Made by a program: the position numbers and the translations under genes. This document shows positions 62,501 to 64,000 of a stretch of 64,000 nt of DNA, piece after piece (positions within the stretch are counted from its first letter, which is position 1; each line of letters starts with the position of its first letter). The stretch spans positions 87,894,397 to 87,958,396 of the forward strand of contig CM097887.1 in the NCBI GenBank assembly GCA_044892525.1, in the 5' to 3' direction. This DNA is from Schmidtea polychroa. Taxonomy: Eukaryota. A model generated the notes under the pieces. That model was not told the DNA's origin. It was given only the letters and a program-made list of their open reading frames with translations, and did not search any database.

Positions 62501-63076
62501 TTATATATAATATATATTTCCCAACATTATCTGTTCTATCTATTTGTGATTCTGGAACGCTCAAAGTTTACCACGATTTTTTCCCATTTCAATATTTTTT
62601 ACAATTTTTTAATGGAGCATTTTTGAAGACCATTTACCATGGATATACAGCAATTATAATTTCCACACTTTCCGATTTTATTATACTTGCGTGACATGCT
62701 TAAGTGACATACACAAGAATATTAATTTTTCTTGGTTAAAGTGATCATATATATCAATTACTTTTTCAATGTAAAAATTTATTCAAACATACAAAGTTCA
62801 AAAAATCAATCTACAAGAAAATTTAATAAAATTCAGTAAATATCTGCACAAATTCCATTTGAACTGAACTTACAAAGTTAATTTTTTGTCAGATCATTAT
62901 CATATCAATCATCATAAAGTAAAGTTAAATTGTTCAATTTTAAATCCAGCATTGAGTACTTAATCAAATCTTGAAGATAAGAAAAACGAAAATGTTCACA
63001 AGAAATACAACAAAATTTTTAGTTTAAAAGTAATTCAATAACAAAAAACTCTTTTTATTCAATTATTTTATGAAAC

Positions 63077-64000
63077 TAGGGTTGCCAGACGTCCCATTTT
63101 TCCGGGATTGTCCCGGTGTCCCGAAAGAGGTCTTCGGAACGCTCAATTGTCCCGGTTTTTTTGCATTGCAAATAGGGTTTTACATTACTGTTAAACAGCA
63201 ACAGTAAAACAGCTGTTTTTTTGTCTTAATCGGAAAACATTAAACAGCTGTTTTTTCGAAGCTGTTTATACTGTTTTTTAACGATCCTTTTTCAATTTTT
63301 TTAAAAAGAATTTTTAATATTATAATATAACTTACAAAAGTCAATATTTAATTGATATTGTTGATAAATATTTGTTTGATTATTTATATACTAACAAACT
63401 TCTAAAAACATAATTTTATATTTCACCCATGTCTTCAGTTTGGGATTATGCTATAAAACGAAAAAATGTGTTAAAAAAGGTGCTTGAAGGTCAATGCAAG
63501 CGATGTAATAAAGTTATAACTTGTTCTGGCAATTCTACAACAACTTTAAAAAATCATCTCAAAACCCATGGCATCGACATGGAAAAGCCAACAGTTAGTG
63601 CATCGAAAGAAGATACAATATCAGAGAAGAGAACAAAATCAATTTCAGATTTTCTAGTTAAAAAATCTCTCAAAGAAATAGTATCAGATCTTGCTACTGA
63701 TGGTATAACTATTAGAGCTATTACAAGAAATAATTACATCAGACAATCTATTACTCGCGATGGTCTTAAACTTCCTATCAATGAACGCGATGTCATGAAA
63801 CTGATTATTGAAGATTTTTTAGAGAAAAAAGCTAAAATGATAACACTTGTTAAACAAAAGATTGATTCTGGAACCAAATTTTCAATGACAGTTGATGAAT
63901 ACACAACAATTAGAGGTAGACGCTTTTTTGGTGTTAACATACATACTAGTGACGATAAAATGACAATGAAAACTGGCCTTGTTCGAATTTTTGGTTCTTG
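63077..64000 (+). mobile_element. hAT transposon, left end with transposase ORF open to the window edge
   Basis: TIR TAGGGTTGCCAGACGTCCC at 63077. ORF from ATG 63429 has a BED finger (VWDY..CKRC..HLKTH) and first catalytic motif FSMTVDEYT; no stop before 64000. Confidence 0.9.

Noticed and set aside
1-64000. CRISPR arrays, rRNA, tRNA genes, prokaryotic operons
   Set aside because: None seen. The sequence is eukaryotic with spliceosomal introns, and the short tandem repeats lack unique spacers.

Overview
AT-rich (visually about 25-30% GC), repeat-dense eukaryotic scaffold read in the standard code, with short GT-AG introns (41-42 nt) and one 256-N gap (14544-14799). The flatworm-type innexin N-terminus and the composition suggest a planarian or other flatworm (inference). 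Three intact-looking host genes are supported: an intronless otopetrin-like channel (+, 3993-5669), an intronless TMEM272-like 4-TM protein (-, 9722-10912), and a 7-exon QPRT/nadC gene (-, 37632-42756). The QPRT frame runs about 227 aa past the normal C-terminus and ends in a RanBP2-like C4 zinc finger. Disabled host-like fragments include an innexin, a protein kinase and probably a GPCR. The rest is nested transposons: Ty3/gypsy LTRs and gag relics (one with a tRNA-Trp PBS), a Penelope cluster with minimal hammerhead-like motifs, Tc1, piggyBac and hAT relics, MITEs with TSDs, and an open hAT transposase running off the right edge. The most unusual signal is an unrecognised repeat family. It has three diverged modules carrying splice-acceptor-led coiled-coil ORFs (motifs RLRTRxxWYxIHDW and E-[GS]-[TM]-WF-[SP]-P; AT-hook or Arg-rich tails). 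It also has five copies of a conserved stem-loop motif ending in GTAAYCC, which appears to sit at LTR boundaries. All alignments and folds were done by eye; no database searches were run.
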